DNA of 63,894 nt, the filler included, from Reclinomonas americana ATCC 50394 (Eukaryota), in NCBI GenBank assembly GCA_048213135.1. It is 12 parts of 9 records of this genome, joined end to end, with 100 filler letters (N's around TTAATTAATTAA, not from the genome) between each part and the next. Parts side by side here need not be neighbours in the genome. Positions count along the whole stretch, not along the records: positions 13,285 to 16,633 come from PS015880.1; positions 16,734 to 18,845 come from PS015880.1; positions 18,946 to 27,123 come from PS015881.1; 9 more parts are not named here. One strand, written 5' to 3'. Positions 13,348-26,864 of the stretch are shown here, piece by piece (the first letter of the stretch is position 1; every line of letters starts with the position of its first letter). The translations under genes were made by a program, and so were the position numbers. Under the pieces are notes generated by a model. That model was not told the origin of the DNA. It saw only the letters and a program-made list of their open reading frames with translations, and did no database searches.

Positions 13348-16119
13348 TCAGACAAAGTTGCGCAACTCAGCGCCATGGCCGTCGCGGTGTGCGGCTTCCA
13401 TGGATTCCGCCACCGCGTGCTCGTGTGCCCAGCGCATTTTAGCCACCTTTTTCACCGTGTGCGTGACAGTTTCTGCCAGCGTCATGTCGTTCACCAACCG
13501 CACACTGCAAACAAAAACACACCCCAGTCAACTCAGCAAAAGTTTCACAACCACCTCCCCGCCCTCTCCCTTCTCCAGACGCAACGGACGCAGTGCAGTG
13601 CCCAGCTCATCGCTGACGAGGAAACGGAGGAGGTGCTGGAACGACGTGTGCAGCGCATCGGCCAGGATGGCCGTGTCTGACGACGGCGGCAGATGTGGCA
13701 GGCTGGTCAGATCGACGCGTTGCGTCAGAACGACCAGGCCCCGACGTGGCACCTCGACCGACACATCGGCATCTTCGAACACGGTGCACGGGTCTGTGGC
13801 GCGGCGGTAAGCATATCTTTGTAATGATCGAGCAGCAGCAAGGCCGCAGCGACTCAACAGTGCTCCAGGCCACGCAGCCGCTCGCATCGCGCCACCAGCA
13901 GGAACCACATGACATCAGAGGCGCTTTCGACTCGCTCCTTGTGACTCTCGGGGAATGAGACCTCGGTGACACATTGCAGCACTGCGTCCGTCAGCAGCTC
14001 CTCATCGTCACCGCGCTGCAGGAGCTGCTCGAACTGGCGCGACATGATGCGCTTGCGGAACGCCGGGCGAAGCGGGTCCTTGACTGTGGGTAACAAGACG
14101 GTGAGTACGATCGGCAAACGAGAGACATAACGGGCGTCGATGTGTGTGCGCAACAAAGTTCACGGCTCTCCAGGGGCATGAATGCTGCCACCGTGGCCGG
14201 TGTCGTGGAACTCGATGCAGACGCTGTCGAATCGTTGCCATCTGTTGCGCAAGGCATCGTCAGCGACACACACGCCTGTTGTCATCTCTCTTTCTCCTTT
14301 CCCCCACTCACCGAATCCACTCGGCAACAATCTCCCGCGCAGCACATCAGCCTCGGTCAGCGGCAATCCGCCAATCACGCACAGAGCACCGGTGAAGTGG
14401 CTGCCGACGTCGCACAGTACCGTGCGAGAGCCGAGAAGCGAGTGCGGCGCGTACGCATCGGCCCACTTGCCCTGCAGCTGCATCCATTGATTTGTGTGCG
14501 GGTCGTACATCCACATGGCGAACTTGGTGCGGCGCACGACGCTCTCATCGTCGTCGTCGACTTTCAAGGCGGACACGGCAAACTCGTCGGTCGGCACCCA
14601 CCCAGTCAGCAGAACCATGGGAGAGCGAATCGTCATGAGCGTGGGCGAGAGAATGGTCGGTGGCGGGCGCGGAGTGAATGATGAGTCGGAAAAGTCCGAG
14701 AAGCAGTGCCACGAGTTGGTCGCTGCGCATGGGTAAGCGATCACACATGTCGAGCACATATTCTGTGTTGTGCACGCAACTCAAATCGAGACGCCACAAG
14801 TCATTCAACACGTGCCCAGCAGCATTCACACCGCCATACAAAAACAGCGAATTCTCGACCACCACAGTCTGCACAGCAGCAAAAAGTCGGCTCAGAAATC
14901 AGTAAGATCGTGTATCCCACCGCTGAGGTGCGCAACTGCAGGAGAGCGGCGCGGCTCGGGTTCGTGTGCGGCGCTGGGAATGCGGAAGAAGCGCAGCCGC
15001 ACCGGCGAGCCGTCGTCACGAATCTCCACGTAGAGACGAAGAACACTCAGCACAATGACCGGTTCCCGCTCCTGCTGATTCATGCGGAAGCTGAATCCGC
15101 CCACAATGTACAAGGTCGAGCCGCACACCGTCGTCGAGTGCTCACAGCGGTACAATTCGTACGCGGGAAGCTGTTCGTGCACGCAGCACACAAAGACTGT
15201 AAGACAGTGACGGAGAGACAGTCAGGCATTTGTTCACATACCCCATCTTCAATTGCCTTGAAGTACTCGCACCACTCGAATTGGGTGCACGAGTTGTTGA
15301 GAGCTGCAAGTCGGGGAGAGAAAGCGTGTGTGCTTAATGAGTATCACCAACGAGAGAGCGCTCACGACTGAGACGCACGTCGCATCACTGCCGCCAACGA
15401 GGCCATGGAACCCGCACTCGTGCGCCCTGCGAACCATCACTTTCAGAGATCGCGAGTCGAGGAGTCTCGATTTTTCACCGCAATCACCTCCGTATACAAT
15501 CAGCACATCGGCGACCCAGTCGAGCGTGTGACCGAGCCGCGCACCCGCACTGTGGTTCTTTCCTCGCGGAAATTCGACTTTGCGCCACTGCGCCAATCCT
15601 GGAACCAGCGCAAAGGGAGACGCCGCAGCTTCTGTGGCCGCTGCCGCCACTGCGCGCGTCTTGGCTTTCTTTGCCGCCGCCGCCGCCGCTGCAGCCGCCG
15701 CGGAACTCTGCGCGCACACACTCGGGGGTCAATAGTTGACAAGCATGATGCTTTCTCTGCACCTCACTCACCGACTTGGCCTTGGCGGTGGGAAACAGGA
15801 GAGGATTCCCGGCACCCTTGCGCTTGTTCTTGTTCAGCTCCATCTCCACCTCCGGCTCGGGCGCGCACGACTTGGCGGCAATGGAGATGCCAACTGGCGC
15901 AAACCATATGTCGTCGAGGTAGCGCCCGGCGCTATCGACACCACCATGCACAAAGAGGCGGCAGTGCGACTGCGTCTGGTCGGGTCCACGCGTGCGACAC
16001 CACGTGATGGCGGGAAAGGCGCGCTCTGTAAGCGCAATGAGGGGCGCTGCTGCTCCCGACGACGAGCCGCCAGCATCGGACGACGACGACGACGCCGCCA
16101 ACGACGCAGCGTCCGCCAT
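13348..16119 (-). CDS. Kelch-repeat protein
   Basis: Kelch units RLFVHGGVDSAGRYLDDIW, ARLGHTLDWVADVLIVYGG, RCEHSTTVCGSTLYIVGG and NSLFLYGGVNAAGHVLNDLWRLD. Multi-exon. Confidence 0.8.
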
Positions 16120-16231
16120 GCGCCACTCAGCTCCACACTCAAACAGGAACGGGAACCAACAGAGAGCTGCAGCATATACACGACGGGTTGGTTCACACTG
16201 CGACGCGAGACGAGCACGATTCCACCTCTTC

Positions 16232-17019
16232 TCAACATTCCACTTGCGTCTCGCGCAGTGATCCACCAGCACCCTGCAAGACGGCCAGCCGTTTCGCCAT
16301 TCTCTGCTCAACACAGTCAGTCACACAGCAGTCGCACAACCATCATCATCATCATCAGTAAACAGCACACCTCCTCGGCCGCAGCCATCGACGCCCGCAT
16401 GTGCTCCACGGCGGACATCTTGCCCGCCGCCGGCGACTCGACCTCTCGACTCCAGTCCTCCTCCTCCGCCGGCACTCGTCGCTGCCGATCCCGCGACGAC
16501 GACGCCACCACCGACGCCGCCGCCGCCGACGCAGACACAATCGTGGCGGCCGGTGGTGGCAATCCACGCTGCGCACGGTACTCGGCCTGCAACACATTTG
16601 TCAGATGGATACAACAGTGCCAATTCAAGGCTGNNNNNNNNNNNNNNNNNNNNNNNNNNNNNNNNNNNNNNNNNNNNTTAATTAATTAANNNNNNNNNNN
16701 NNNNNNNNNNNNNNNNNNNNNNNNNNNNNNNNNCGTAACCGGCGCTCACCAGTGTCATTCTCGGCTGCGGCTCCTCCTCCTCCTCCTCTTCCTCATACGC
16801 CTCCTCGTCGTCGTAGTAGTACTCGCCTCCATAGTAATCATGCTCCTCCTCGTCATCGTACAAGTCCGCCTCCTCGAAATACTCATCGGGGTCCATTCGA
16901 TCGCGCCACCCACTCGCCACCTCCGGCTCCACGTATGTCAGCGCAGAGGTTCCCGCCAGTCGCTCAGCAATCTCATCCGAGGCCGACACCAGGCGCTCAA
17001 GAACCGCACCCAAAGCCTG
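16232..17019 (-). CDS. C-terminal fragment of an unknown protein with an acidic Tyr/Glu-rich stretch
   Basis: Exons ALGAVLERLVSASDEIAERL...EEEEEPQPR and AEYRAQRG...AAAEE|RMAKRLAVLQ...VEC* with GT-AG borders. Interrupted by gaps. Confidence 0.45.
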
Positions 17020-17952
17020 AAAAAAGACACGCGTGAGAGAGAGAAAGGAGGGGAGAGGAGAGAGGCAAGAAGTGCGTGCTTGCCTCGGCTTCCTCTGAGA
17101 CTTGACGCTGCAGGGAGAGGGGGNNNNNNNNNNNNNNNNNNNNNNNNNNNNNNNNNNNNNNNNNNNNNNNNNNNNNNNNNNNNNNNNNNNNNNNNNNNNN
17201 NNNNNNNNNNNNNNNNNNNNNNNNNNNNNNNNNNNNNNNNNNNNNNNNNNNNNNNNNNNNNNNNNNNNNNNNNNNNNNNNNNNNNNNNNNNNNNNNNNNN
17301 NNNNNNNNNNNNNNNNNNNNNNNNNNNNNNNNNNNNNNNNNNNNNNNNNNNNNNNNNNNNNNNNNNNNNNNNNNNNNNNNNNNNNNNNNNNNNNNNNNNN
17401 NNNNNNNNNNNNNNNNNNNNNNNNNNNNNNNNNNNNNNNNNNNNNNNNNNNNNNNNNNNNNNNNNNNNNNNNNNNNNNNNNNNNNNNNNNNNNNNNNNNN
17501 NNNNNNNNNNNNNNNNNNNNNNNNNNNNNNNNNNNNNNNNNNNNNNNNNNNNNNNNNNNNNNNNNNNNNNNNNNNNNNNNNNNNNNNNNNNNNNNNNNNN
17601 NNNNNNNNNNNNNNNNNNNNNNNNNNNNNNNNNNNNNNNNNNNNNNNNNNNNNNNNNNNNNNNNNNNNNNNNNNNNNNNNNNNNNNNNNNNNNNNNNNNN
17701 NNNNNNCACGAGGTCAGAACGAACAAGGCTTGCCAGAGACAACAACACCGCAGTCAAACACACGCTCTCTCACACTCTCTCTCACACGCACACACACTTG
17801 CACACTTGCACACACACACACATGCACACTCTAACCTGCAGCAGCGCGTCGTCGGCCATCACACAGTCACGGACAGTCACGGACAGTCGCGGACAGTCGC
17901 GCTCGCAAGTGGATATCTGCGCTTGTTTGTCACCTCCAGTCGAAGAACGCAA

Positions 17953-18845
17953 ATGCGGCCAGTGCTGTGGGCAGCACTGCTGCTACTGGTGAGCGCAAGA
18001 AGTAACAGACGTAGCAGCAGTTGTTGTCACAGTGCTCATTGAATTCGTGCAGTTGTGCACAGTGTGCATGGCAGCGGCAGTGGCAGCTGATGATGAGAGC
18101 GCATCAGGCAAGTGTCTGCCTGTGTGTCTCTCTGTGTGTCTCTTACTAACACACTGCTTGTGTGTGCAGAAGCGGCGTTTGAGTTGCAACAGCACAAGGA
18201 TGAGACGGAGGATTTGAGCGATGCAGTGAGCTTTGCGCAGGATTTGCGACTGCTGGAGTCCCTCGCGCAGCCGTCGTCGTCGTCCGACTATGCGCTGCTG
18301 GCGACAAGTGGCAAGTTGAACATGGACCTGCGTGAGCACCGTCTGCGTGGTGGCAAGAAGGTGCATCGTGAGGCGGAGGAGGATGATGAGCAGGAGGAGG
18401 AAGAGGCGGAAGATGAGGAAGAAAAGGAAGAGGAGGAGAGCCAGGATCTTGTTGAGGTATGCTCTCTCTCTCTCTCTGTGCAGTGGTGGTGGCCACTGTG
18501 TAGTCTGACTGGTTCTGCAGCGTGGTGGCAGTCGCGGTGGTGGCAGTCGCGGTGGTGGCAGTCGCGGTGGTGGCAGCCGCGGTGGCGGCAGCAAGAAGAA
18601 GAAGAAGGGCGGCCTCAAGGGCAAGATGAAGAAGATGAAGAAGAAGGCGAAGAAGATGAAGAAGAAGGCGAAGAAGCTGAAGAAGAAGGCGAAGAAGATG
18701 ATGGGCGGCGACAAGGACGGCGACGACAATCAGGACGGCCAGGATGGCGAGAATGAGGACGGGCAGCAGCAGGGTGCGTGATTCTCTTGGCTCGTTGGTT
18801 GATGGTGTTTGAGTTCCTCATTGCGCGCGCAGATGAGGTGAACCA
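17953..18845 (+). CDS. Putative secreted protein: signal peptide, acidic block, SRGGG repeats, KKKAKK[M/L] repeats; 3' truncated by a gap
   Basis: MRPVLWAALLLL|..CMAAAVAA looks like a signal peptide. Exon 18170-18456 is acidic. After the acceptor at 18520 (CTGAC branch site upstream) it reads RGGSRGGGSRGGG...KKMKKKAKKMKKKAKKLKKKAKKM. Confidence 0.65.
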
Positions 18846-19224
18846 NNNNNNNNNNNNNNNNNNNNNNNNNNNNNNNNNNNNNNNNNNNNTTAATTAATTA
18901 ANNNNNNNNNNNNNNNNNNNNNNNNNNNNNNNNNNNNNNNNNNNNAGGAGAGAGAGAGAGAGAGAGAGGGATGGGTGAAGTGAAGGAGGTGACATATTTC
19001 TCTGTAGCTGTGGTAGAGTGCTAGGGGGGAGGAGAGAGAGAGAGGAGGGGCGAAGTAATGTGTTTCTCCGTAGTTGTCGGGGGACAGATGCAAAGCCTGT
19101 CGCGGAGGGAAGTGTTATGAAATGGTGATGGGTGGAGTGAAGGAAGTGACGCGCGTCTCTACAGTTGTCAGTGGAAGGGAGAAGAGAGGGTGTTCATTTT
19201 CCAAGTGGCAAACACGTGATGACT

Positions 19225-22217
19225 TCAGATCTCCTGCTCGGCAATCTGCTGTCCGGTGATCCACTTGCCGTGGAAGCCGTAGGGCACACTGCATAGACAA
19301 ATCAATGTCAGCAGAGAGAAACAACATTTGCGTCTCTTGCTCAGCAGACGAACCGGCGTGGGAGCTGGATAATGGCCACAGGCTCGTCGCTCATGGTGCG
19401 CGCGTCCCAGACGCGGCAATCCGACATGCTGTGGGCGTTCGCTGATGAGTGCGAGCTCAATAGCACAAGTTGTGAGGTATGATGAACGTAACTTGGTGGT
19501 CTCGTCGTATACAAACGTGATCAGGTATCCGTCGTCCTCCTGCAGGCGCTGCAGATTGCGTGAGTCCACGAGCGACAAATACTGCGGTGCGAGTGCGTGC
19601 AACACTGACCTCCGAGGGGCGACCAGTGCGTGGCACAAAGACGAACTCGCCGGCGGCCATGTTCGGTCCGAGCTTGATCTGCGCATGGTTCTCAGTCACT
19701 TTCTGTTGTCTCTTCTCTGTTCTTAACACAGCTTGCCAACTCACATCCTTCACGGTGTTGTTCACCAAATCAAACTGCGTGGGAGAGAAGATGAGAATCG
19801 TCATTGTCACATTGCACAACTGGGGGAGAATGCACCTTGCAGCAGCCTTGGATCAGAGGCTGCGCAGTGACACAAAATTACACACAGGAAATACTGAAAT
19901 GACAAGTCGCAGAGCGGCAACTCACATGCTCCGGGTCCAAACGGGCGCAGTACACGAAACGACAGCGCCGACCGACCAGACCGGGGTGCACCACTGGGAA
20001 TTCCACGCTGCGCATGGTGGGAAGCGTGAGGGATGTGGCAAAAACCTCTCAAGCAAGCGCAAACAAATGGCACACACACACACCAGCGCTCGCCATCGAG
20101 CGCAGTCTCCTTGACCGCACCGGTGGCCATGTTGAACCGCCACTCGAAGAGATACGAGTCGGCCGCCACCTTGGTCTCGTACAGCGCAATGCCTGGCTTG
20201 CGGCAGGCCAGCAGCACCACCTCGTCGCCATCTTCCCACGCATTGGCAGTGTGGAACACAAAGCTGATCTCTTGCTGGTCAGCATCGGCGAAGGGAAAGA
20301 GAGAGAATAAACGTTTGTTACGCACCAAGCAGGCGCCTCGAACCAGCGAATCTTGTCGGCGTTCTCGGCCATGCGAGGCAGGATGCCAAAGCGGCTCGGC
20401 AGCTCGGCCTCAAACTGGAACGGATGCTCACTGCGCGCCATGCGTGATCCGCTGCGAAGTGGCGAGTGTATGGTTGAGTGGACGAGACACATCATCGCGT
20501 TCCTGATTTGTCGTACGCAACTCAAAGGTGAGTGGCAGATCCTGCGTGTGCCGGGAGAGTGAGTGCGAGGACTGGGAAGTGCATCAGAGGAAGTGTACGC
20601 ACCATGATGATTGAGTAGTGCTCGGTAATGGCAAAGTCGTGCATCTGTACAAAAAACAAGCACACACACACACACACGCACGCACAACACCACCACCAAC
20701 AACAACAAAAACAAACAAGCACACACACAAACATACATGCAGATCAAGAAGTGAGTCTCATAACGACAGCAGTCGTACAGGATCAAACGCAAAGAGAGAA
20801 CCATGACGGGGCGCGGAATATCGACCGGGAAATCGCGCACCAACTTGCCCTCGGCCGACACGACGCTGCTCTCCATCACCACCAATGAGTGCAAAGGGGG
20901 GGAGACGACCAGCATGGAGTGGACAACGCACCCGTAGAACATGTACGGCTTGGCCTGGATGCGGTAGCAGAAGAACACACACTCGCCGGTCACCGGGTCG
21001 ACCTTGGGGTGAGCTGCGATGTCACTCGGAGGTGAGTGAATGGAAGAAAAGCGCACTCACATCTCTCGCAACCTCTCGGCGGCGCACCTGTGAAGGGGTG
21101 GTCGAGCTTGCCGTCAAAATCGACAACACCAATGGTCTCGAGCGTGGGTGCCAGCACCTGCACCGGTTTGTCACTCTCCACGAGCGCCATCAGGCGACGC
21201 GCGTGATATTCGATGCTGGTGTTGCTGGAGCCGAAGTTCATGTCTGTTGGACGCGCTCAGAATCCACACACACTCACGCACGGACAGACACGCAAACGCG
21301 CAACGAGCATAGGTACGCGGGCGGGCACGAGTCGAGGAGAGCGGCGGCAGTTCCTTGACCGACGGCAGCAGCCCGAGATGCTGTGGTGACCATCAGTGAG
21401 TGGACACGTGTTTCGCGCACACAGCTTGCCACGCGGCACACCTTGCGAATCTCGAACCAGGCGATCTTGACAATGCCCATGGGGCCCTCCATCTGCGCAA
21501 TGCGCGGCGCCACCGGCTGCCCGCACATGCGCTCCACCACCAGCCGATCGGTCTCCACCCACTTATTCCGATAGGTGGCCGACCCGTTTTCCAGTCGCAC
21601 ACCGTGACTGCGACGCAGAATGGGTGGTGTTGGAGGCAAGAGACAGGGAGCGGGCGCACAGACAGAGTGTGTGCAGCACGCAACAGCATTCCATCGCCGT
21701 CGAACCAGTGATTGTCGCCGTCGCAGTCGAAGAGCGGGTTGGGTCCATTGCGAACAAACATGCCGTCCAACTCACGAGGAATCGCTCCCGAGACCACTGG
21801 CAGTTGTGCGGCCACCAGCTACGAAGACACAGAGTCAGATAATGAGCATGGTAAAGAGGTGGGTGAGAGGGAGCAAAAAGACCTCATCATGCACGGGACC
21901 AAAGTTGCCATTCAAAAACATGTCTGCCGATCATGCAATCATTCAGTGCGTGCATTGACATGATGCACCATGAAAGGAAAGCACGTACTCTTTGCGGCCT
22001 TGTCGCGCGCATGCAGAGAGGGGAATGCGATGCGCCACACGAGGCAAATGGTTCGCCAGGTCAAGTAGAAGGGCAGAATGCAGAGGCGAGTGGAGAACCA
22101 CAGCAGTGTGCGCATCAGGCGGGGAATCAGGCTCATCAGAGCTGCGGAGGGTGAGGAGGAGGTGGAGGAGGAGGAGGAGGAAGAGGGAGATGCTGTGGGG
22201 CCGTGGCGAGTGCGCAT
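19225..22217 (-). CDS. Carotenoid cleavage dioxygenase (RPE65/CCD family)
   Basis: FLNGNFGPVHDE, GMFVRNGPNP, HWFDGDGMLHGV, FTAHPKVDPVTGE, MHDFAITEHY, FHTANAWE, GEFVFVPR, EDDGYL, VPYGFHGKW. All four Fe-binding His are present. Confidence 0.93.
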
Positions 22218-22924
22218 GGTGGAGATGTGACGGAGATGAAAGGCGAATGGGACAACTCCGGATTACGGGCTCTGCGTTTCTCATTCCGCAACCGACGCCA
22301 TTCGAGGAAAGGAGGAAAATTCGCGTCATGAGCCTTCTCTTGGATGAGCACACTGCGGATCGGGACTTGTTGGGTTGTCTGTTGAAGTCTTCCTTCGACA
22401 AGAACAACATGGACAATGCATTCACCAACAACAGGCATGCGCAACACTTGTCTTGATGAAGTCCAACCATACATGTATCTTCCTCTTTCTTCTCGTACTT
22501 TTCCAGCTTCCTGTTCCTCTTTTTCTTGTTCATTTCCTTCGCAGTCCGCCACCTTCTTATTGTTCTCCACGTGCTTAAGCTTCTTCTTGTACTTGTTCTG
22601 CGACCTCCAGCTTCCTGCTCTTGTTCTTCTCCTTTTTCTTCTTGTTGTTGTTCCCCCCTTTTGTCTTCCCCCACCACGTTCGTCTCCTTTCCATCTTGTT
22701 GTTCTTCTCTCTATTTGCTTTTATCCTTTGCCTTCCCCCACCTCGCACTTCTACTTCTCCATCTCGTTCTTCTTCATCCTTCTCTTCCTCTTCCCTCTCC
22801 ATATCCTCCTCCCTCCCATCCGCTCATCAACTTATTCCGCCACCATCATTCACTTACGAATTCCGCGGTATACATGTGCACCACGCCAACACACCTCTCT
22901 TCTCCCTCCCTCCCTCTCTCCCCC

Positions 22925-25900
22925 TCAGGCGATCAAACGGTACCGGCGCAACTCCAGCGCAATGGCATCGCGATCGTTCGACTCGAGAATCGCCTGCACA
23001 TTCTCCCAGCTAGTCACCAGCTCCGACACGAGGGTGATGCTGTTCTGTTGCAGCATCTGTGATCGGGCATGGAGGTCAGCGGAGGAGATTACAAAGACAC
23101 AGAAGAGAGCCGCACGCACATCGGCAAGGCCACTTGAACGCATGTCGTCCCACTCCAATCGCTCGCCAATCTTGGTGATGAATGATCGCACGCTCGTGTT
23201 GCCAGTCACCACGCGATCTGCATGGGGTGTGTGGCAGCTTAGAAGAGGAGGAAAGGAGAAGCGTGACGGGAAAGCGCTGCGAACCTTCGAGGTATTGCAC
23301 AACAACGTGCAGCAGGGCCAGATTGTTGCTGGTGAAATCGGCGGGACCCACAACACCGTCCTTGTCACTGCATGGCAAGTGCAGTGAGCCAACATGCATG
23401 ACAAGCGCAGATAAGAATTGGAAACATGGTGCTTCTCCTCACCCGTCAATCTCTGTCCAGATCTGCAAAGAATGAAGGAGTGAGATTTGATTGACGAGTG
23501 TGGGCTTTACTCACCGCCAAGCGCACAAGCACAGATACACTGTCACAAACAAGCACACCCCACAAACACACGTACATAAAAAGACAATCAGACGCGCAAA
23601 GACACAAATACAAACGTACACACCCAGATAACCCGACACGCGCAAAAGGACACACACATACACACCGACAGGCAGAACACAGACAAGCACACATGCACAA
23701 GCACTCACAACTAATACATTCACACACATTTCTCGTACTCTCTCACCTTCTGGATCCGAACATCCCGCCACTGCGGTGGGAGGAGGGCGGCGCAACCATC
23801 GACGAGCAAGTGAAGCACCGGGATGAGGAAGCGAACGAGTTCCTGCTCGGCAGAGCGACTGAGTGCGAGGGTGAGCGACTCCATCTCTCACCGACACAAC
23901 ACACACCTTCAGTCCGGCCACTGTTTGCTCCTGCGTCAGAGTCTGTTTCGATATGCAGTCAGTGAGAAGAGTGGTCAAACAGCAAGTCCGCGCTCACGAA
24001 AGCACACAAACACACCCTGCCGTTGCCAAACACGTCAAACAGGAACTGGACGAAAAAGACCACACGATTGGCCTCCTGCACGCGGTCGAATGCGTGCAAG
24101 AAGCGCAACACCAGCTCAGCCGAGGCCTCGGTGATCGAACCCTCGTGCTGTTTGAGATGCAGCAGTGAGGTGCGTGGGAAGTCCACTAAGGCGCCTTTCT
24201 GTCTCTTTCTTTCTTTTTCTCTGTCAGTCTGTCTGCCTGTCTCTATCTCTTTCTCTCTCTCTCTCACCTCTCTCACTTTCTTTCTCTCAGTCCGTCTGTT
24301 TGTCTCTCTCTAACTCTCCCTCTCATGCACACCTTGCGATCCATCAAGTTGAAGAGCGCCTCGGCCACGGCCGGCATGCGCTGGTCGACCACAGCGGGCA
24401 ATAACTCGCACGAGAGGGCCACCAGACCCTTGAAGTCGGGCGACAGGTGACCACCAAACATCTCCTCCGTCTGGCCACCAGTCAGTACACACGTCAGCAC
24501 ATGGAAAGATGTCGATATGATGAGAAAGAAAGGCATCGCAACGAGTCCGGNNNNNNNNNNNNNNNNNNNNNNNNNNNNNNNNNNNNNNNNNNNNNNNNNN
24601 NNNNNNNNNNNNNNNNNNNNNNNNNNNNNNNNNNNNNNNNNNNNNNNNNNNNNNNNNNNNNNNNNNNNNNNNNNNNNNNNNNNNNNNNNNNNNNNNNNNN
24701 NNNNNNNNNNNNNNNNNNNNNNNNNNNNNNNNNNNNNNNNNNNNNNNNNNNNNNNNNNNNNNNNNNNNNNNNNNNNNNNNNNNNNNNNNNNNNNNNNNNN
24801 NNNNNNNNNNNNNNNNNNNNNNNNNNNNNNNNNNNNNNNNNNNNNNNNNNNNNNNNNNNNNNNNNNNNNNNNNNNNNNNNNNNNNNNNNNNNNNNNNNNN
24901 NNNNNNNNNNNNNNNNNNNNNNNNNNNNNNNNNNNNNNNNNNNNNNNNNNNNNNNNNNNNNNNNNNNNNNNNNNNNNNNNNNNNNNNNNNNNNNNNNNNN
25001 NNNNNNNNNNNNNNNNNNNNNNNNNNNNNNNNNNNNNNNNNNNNNNNNNNNNNNNNNNNNNNNNNNNNNNNNNNNNNNNNNNNNNNNNNNNTCCCACCCA
25101 CTCGCTTACTCATTTTTAGGGGAACGGTGTATTTGATTCGTGCCTGTGAGCTCACTCCATCTCTTTGTGCAAGTCTTGGTGTCTTGTCTTGGTAGAGTGC
25201 GAACTCTACAGCTTCTGCCACACGCATACTCCTTCGTAGAGACAACACGTACCTGGTGAGCGTACTCGGCAGCAGTCGCCACAACATCCCGGAAAATCGT
25301 CAGCATATCCTGAACATCAAGACACGTCAGACAGAACGCAGATGCGCAGAAGCAGCAGCACATCACTTTCTCTCTCGCACACACACAGACAAAAGAGCAG
25401 CACATTACAGACACACATACCATTTGCAGTCTCCCTGTCCTCCTCCTTCTCCTCTCTTCTTCTCTCTCCCTCCCTCTTTCTCTCCTTCACATCCACACAC
25501 CTCCTGACTGAACACGCCATCCCCATCAATATCGCTCAGCACGTACAAGCGCTGCCAGTCGTCCTTGAGCATGTCGGAGAACACATCCACAATCTGCAAC
25601 GCGACATGAGCCGGCGACGGACAACAAACAACACATGCCAGCTCGCCCCTCACCGACGCCTCGTCGAGGTAGCCATTGCCGGACTTGTCAAACAGCTCAA
25701 ACAGCTGCATTCATGTGAGTGGTGTGAACGACAAAGCAGGGAAAAGCAAGGGCGTCACAGACCTTGCCAATGGAGATCTGAGAGGTTGTGCGAATGGAGC
25801 CAATGGCCGCGTCCAGTGCCGCGTCCATGCGAGCTGCCTGTCGCATACCTGCGGAAGGGCAATGAGTGAAGAGTGTTCGGGGAAATTGACAAGGTGTGAA

Positions 25901-26073
25901 TGAGCAGTGTGTGCATGAGAGCGGGAGAGAGGGAGAGAGAGGGAGGGAGGGAGAGGGAGTGAGGGAGAGGGAGAGAGTGTCTCTCACTGGTGGCTGTTCA
26001 TCTTTGAGTGACACTGTCTGTCGTCTCTTACGTTCTCTTTCTCTGTCTTGTGCGTACTCGTGTGTGCATCAGC

Positions 26074-26114
<41 letters not shown>

Positions 26115-26180
26115 NNNNNNNNNNNNNNNNNNNNACATTATCTGTCTTTCTTCTCTCTCTCTCTCTGTCTTGTGTCACCT

Positions 26181-26218
<38 letters not shown>

Positions 26219-26490
26219 GTGCGTGTTTGCACCCACCTCCGGGGATCTTCGAGAGCAACTTGGAGAGGCCGACACGCACCAGCTTGTTGGCAATGCATTG
26301 CACAATCGTGTGGAACTCTTCGCGTTCCACGTTGCCATCGCGAGTCACCTGAGAGAGAGAGAAGGAGTGTGAAAGAGTGACAAAGAGCCTCTCATGTTGT
26401 TGTCTGTGTGCAAACCTCGCAGACAAAGGCGACGGGGTCGGGCGACACATGCAAGATGCGGTCCCACAGAGCACGTTGCGAGTCTTCCAT
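22925..26490 (-). CDS. Multi-EF-hand calcium-binding protein
   Basis: EF loops FDKSGNGYLDEA, SDIDGDGVFSQE, IDGDKDGVVGPADF and TRDGNVEREEF. ATG at 26490 (MEDSQRALW), stop at 22925. Internal gaps. Confidence 0.72.
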
Positions 26491-26864
26491 TGTTTGTGTG
26501 TGTGACTGCGTGCGAGAGCGAAAGCGAGAGACAAACGATCACAAACAGCCACGCGACGCGTGACAAAAGAGTTATTTTCGCTCGACGTTTTTTCTGCATG
26601 TCATGTTGCGCGCGCCTGGCTACGTGTCACTTGCAAAGTGCGCTTATTCGCGATGTGAACAGAGATGCAGTCGTTTGTGCGGAACGGAGCGCAGCTGGGC
26701 AGAGAGAGCGCTGTGTTCGGAAAATTTGAGGTAGAGAGAAACTGATTGCTACTCTGGTGCTGTCAAGGGTCAAGGTGGTCTCTCGCACTATCGCAGCAAG
26801 CGAGAGCTTAATCCAACAAAACGCTGTCGCAGGGGTCGGCATCGCACGACGGTACATTACAAAC

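Noticed and set aside
18484..18756. WWQSR-repeat protein in the ORF track
   Set aside because: It reads through a probable intron. The branch site and CAG at 18520 favour the SRGGG/Lys-rich frame, though this is not proven.
22200..22920. Long ORFs across the CT-rich stretch
   Set aside because: Low-complexity sequence lacks stop codons by composition. The same applies to ORFs that run through N gaps and microsatellites.
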